64,000 bases of DNA from Deinococcus sp. GTDB taxonomy: Bacteria; Deinococcota; Deinococci; Deinococcales; Deinococcaceae. Below are positions 60,582 to 64,000 of the stretch, in pieces. How positions within the stretch are numbered: position 1 is the stretch's first letter; every line of letters starts with the position of its first letter. The stretch spans positions 928,001 through 992,000 of the forward strand of contig OZ253375.1 in the NCBI GenBank assembly GCA_965261005.1, in the 5' to 3' direction. Below the pieces are notes generated by a model that was given only the letters and a program-made list of their open reading frames with translations, ran no database searches and had not been told where the DNA came from. A program made the position numbers and the translations under genes.

Positions 60582-62402
60582 TCACTTCCCGTCCAACAGC
60601 GCCGCCCCCTCCCTCGGCACGAACACAATCGCGTTCGGCACCGCCCGGCTCCAAACCGTGTTTAGGTAGCCGCCCGCGACGTAGACGGTGGCGCTGGAGC
60701 CGCTGTCCAGGCGCATGGCGCGCGAAACGCCAACGCTCAGGAGGGCGCGGGCAAAGGCCTCGGGCGTGCCGTTCCTGAAGTAGGCGATGGTCGGCTGGCC
60801 CGCGTAGACGGCGAAGGCGACTTGGCGGGTGGCGCGCCAAATGCTGGCCCCGGTGTTGAACCCTTCGCGCACGGGGTCGAGGGCGTACTGGCCGCCGTCT
60901 ACCAGCAGCGGCCCGGCCGCCAGCGCCTCCTGCACGCCGTCCCAACCGGGCAGCGCCCAATTGAGGCTGAGGGTCAGCGGCGCGCCGGCCACCTGGGGAA
61001 GCTGGGGAAACTGCGCCGGGTTGAAGGTGAGCGCGATCTCGCCGGGGGTAGGCACGTCCGGGCCGCCGACGGCGCGCCGCACGCCGCTTGCGTCCAGCGC
61101 CAAGGTGACGTAACCGGGCGCGCCCACTTGGGTCACGCCGTCGCCGACGAACAGCGTGACCCAGCTGGGACTCGGCTGCGGGCGCACGGTGTTGACCGTA
61201 AGGCTGCCCCACGGCCCCGAGAGGGTGTAGCGCGGGCGCGGATAGCCCAGCAGCACGCCCGCGTTCGCCGTTCCCCCGGTCAAACCGAGGGTGGCGCGCC
61301 GCTCCAAGCTCGGCGCCACCATCAGGCCGCCCAACGCGACCAGGTCCACCGGCACGCTGGTCTTGGGATCGAAGTAGCCGCCGTTCACCCCGGCCACGCC
61401 GCCCACGCGCCGCACGAGGTCGTACACGCTGCTGGCCCGCGCGGTGCCGGCGCTGACCAGCTTGGGCGCGTAGGCAGCGGGATCGAAGCTGAGCAACTCC
61501 AACCCCCCGAATTGGCGGTAGGTCACCCCCGGCGGCAAATGCGCGAGGTCGGGCGGCGGCGTCACGCCCGGGTCGAGGTTGGTCACGGTGTCAATGACGA
61601 TGCGGTAAGGGTCTTGCAGGGTGAACACCTGGCTCACGCCGCCGGGGCCGGTATTCAGGTGCACATACAAGTTGCCGGCACCCACCGACAAGCTCAGCAC
61701 GTCGCCCGAGTCGAGCTTTTGCAGGCTGGGCGCGCCAATCGCCCCGCCCACCGTCAAGCTCAGACCGTTCGCGTCACGCTTCAGGCTGTAAGGCAGTTGG
61801 GCGCCAAACTCCAGCACCACCCGCTGGGTCTCGGTGGCGCGGTTGAGGGCGCGGCTGGAGCGGATGGTGGTGAGCGGTGTGGGAACCACGGGCAACGCCG
61901 CGACAGGGGGCTGCACAGCGGGCGGCTGCACGGCGGGTGGCAAAACAACAGGTGGCTGGACCGGCGGGGGGGGAACCGGCGTTGGCGCGGAAACGGGCGC
62001 CGCCGGCGGGGTGAGGGCCAGCGGCCGGGCGGCGAAGTCGAGCACCTGCGGCGCGTCTTCGAGCAGCGGCACGCCCAGCGCCCGCAACACGGCCAAGCTC
62101 ACGTGAACCGAGCCGCCGAGCAACTCGGGTACGGGCAGCTCGGGCGCGGGCGAGGCGGCTCGGTTCCAGCCACCTCGCGGGGTGAAGCGCAGCGACACGC
62201 CGCCGTAGCTGAGGCGCAGATCGTCGGGGCGGTTGAGAATTTGCACGCCGAGTTGGGGCAAGAACCACACCGGCAAGCCTTCCTGGCCGCTGGGCAGCGT
62301 TTTGGTCTCGATTCTGGGCGAGGTGAGCACGCCCGCGATGGCGACGGGCCGCGCGCAGGCCGCGCCCAGCGAAAGACAAAGCAGCAAGAAAAGGCGTCGC
62401 AC
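60582..62402 (-). CDS. Secreted phosphodiester glycosidase (NAGPA-like) family protein
   Basis: Signal peptide from GTG 62402; AGVNGGYF, AAGPLL, AMRLDSGSS. Confidence 0.8.
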   Translation of the reverse strand: MRRLFLLLCLSLGAACARPVAIAGVLTSPRIETKTLPSGQEGLPVWFLPQLGVQILNRPDDLRLSYGGVSLRFTPRGGWNRAASPAPELPVPELLGGSVHVSLAVLRALGVPLLEDAPQVLDFAARPLALTPPAAPVSAPTPVPPPPVQPPVVLPPAVQPPAVQPPVAALPVVPTPLTTIRSSRALNRATETQRVVLEFGAQLPYSLKRDANGLSLTVGGAIGAPSLQKLDSGDVLSLSVGAGNLYVHLNTGPGGVSQVFTLQDPYRIVIDTVTNLDPGVTPPPDLAHLPPGVTYRQFGGLELLSFDPAAYAPKLVSAGTARASSVYDLVRRVGGVAGVNGGYFDPKTSVPVDLVALGGLMVAPSLERRATLGLTGGTANAGVLLGYPRPRYTLSGPWGSLTVNTVRPQPSPSWVTLFVGDGVTQVGAPGYVTLALDASGVRRAVGGPDVPTPGEIALTFNPAQFPQLPQVAGAPLTLSLNWALPGWDGVQEALAAGPLLVDGGQYALDPVREGFNTGASIWRATRQVAFAVYAGQPTIAYFRNGTPEAFARALLSVGVSRAMRLDSGSSATVYVAGGYLNTVWSRAVPNAIVFVPREGAALLDGK

Positions 62403-62513
62403 GCCCGGCAGTCTAGAAAATGAGCGCCCCCTTGGCGTGAGAGCGGTGGGCCGCCCCGCCCGCACCGTCCTGTGACAAACTTGCAAGGCGCCGGGGTATA
62501 CACTGAGAAAGAT

Positions 62514-62999
<486 letters not shown>

Positions 63000-63035
63000 G
63001 CCTGCCGCACACCGCCCCACCCCAAGGAGCCAAGC

Positions 63036-63626
<591 letters not shown>

Positions 63627-63657
63627 AAGAGCAGAAGGTTCGGGCGTGGGCCGTTGC

Positions 63658-64000
63658 CTACGCCTTTTTTGTTTGCCTGAAGCTGAGGCGCGCGGCGACC
63701 TGATCGAAGCCCGCACGGCGCGCGTTGCGCTCTGAGGCTGTGCCGGGCGTCGTCATCACAAAGGCGACCCCCGCCCCGAGTTCCTGGGCTTGGCGCAAGC
63801 GTGCCGCGAGCAGGGCCGTCTGCGCCCCCTGGCCGCGCCACTCGGGACGGGTGGCGGCGCTGAACAGCAGCGCGGCCCTTCCAAAATCAACACCCTCAAA
63901 AACGCTCAGGGCGCTTGCGGCGACCGATTTACCTTCCAGATCACAGACCCAGAAGTGGGTGTGCGGCCGGGCAGCAGTGCGCTCCATGATGGGCCGCGAC
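63658..64000 (-). CDS. GNAT acetyltransferase, 5' end probably outside window
   Basis: TRPEWRGQGAQTALL, ASERNARRAGF. Confidence 0.8.
   Translation of the reverse strand, partial: SRPIMERTAARPHTHFWVCDLEGKSVAASALSVFEGVDFGRAALLFSAATRPEWRGQGAQTALLAARLRQAQELGAGVAFVMTTPGTASERNARRAGFDQVAARLSFRQTKKA

Overview
High-GC chromosomal window, most likely from a Deinococcus-like bacterium (DrRRA-like regulator, MglA/MglB, many genes with a TANNNT -10 box 5-7 nt before the start codon). Most of it is housekeeping: mqnC, topA, coaD, rsmD, rsmE, prmA, proC, glgA, feoABC, Ktr/Trk, nrdR, groESL, pilT, greA, mnmA, lysA. Accessory pieces include a receptor-less CheB/CheR/histidine-kinase cluster, an HxlR/old-yellow-enzyme module, a Phd-PIN toxin-antitoxin pair, a MITE/REP-like repeat family and an IS4-family element with a 9-bp target duplication. 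The best candidate for an undescribed system is a low-GC operon at 53997-54756 (minus strand). It encodes two tiny signal-peptide precursors that share a V-x-P-x-G-C...C motif, followed by a CxxC thioredoxin-fold protein, and the IS sits between this operon and its apparent promoter. Other notable items are a DUF4157 + GH19-like + CHAP putative toxin split by one in-frame TAG with a low-GC partner gene, a PlsY/acyl-ACP-reductase fusion, and a GGDEF/ribbon-helix-helix fusion behind a palindromic operator. All calls come from motif recognition by eye; no searches were run.
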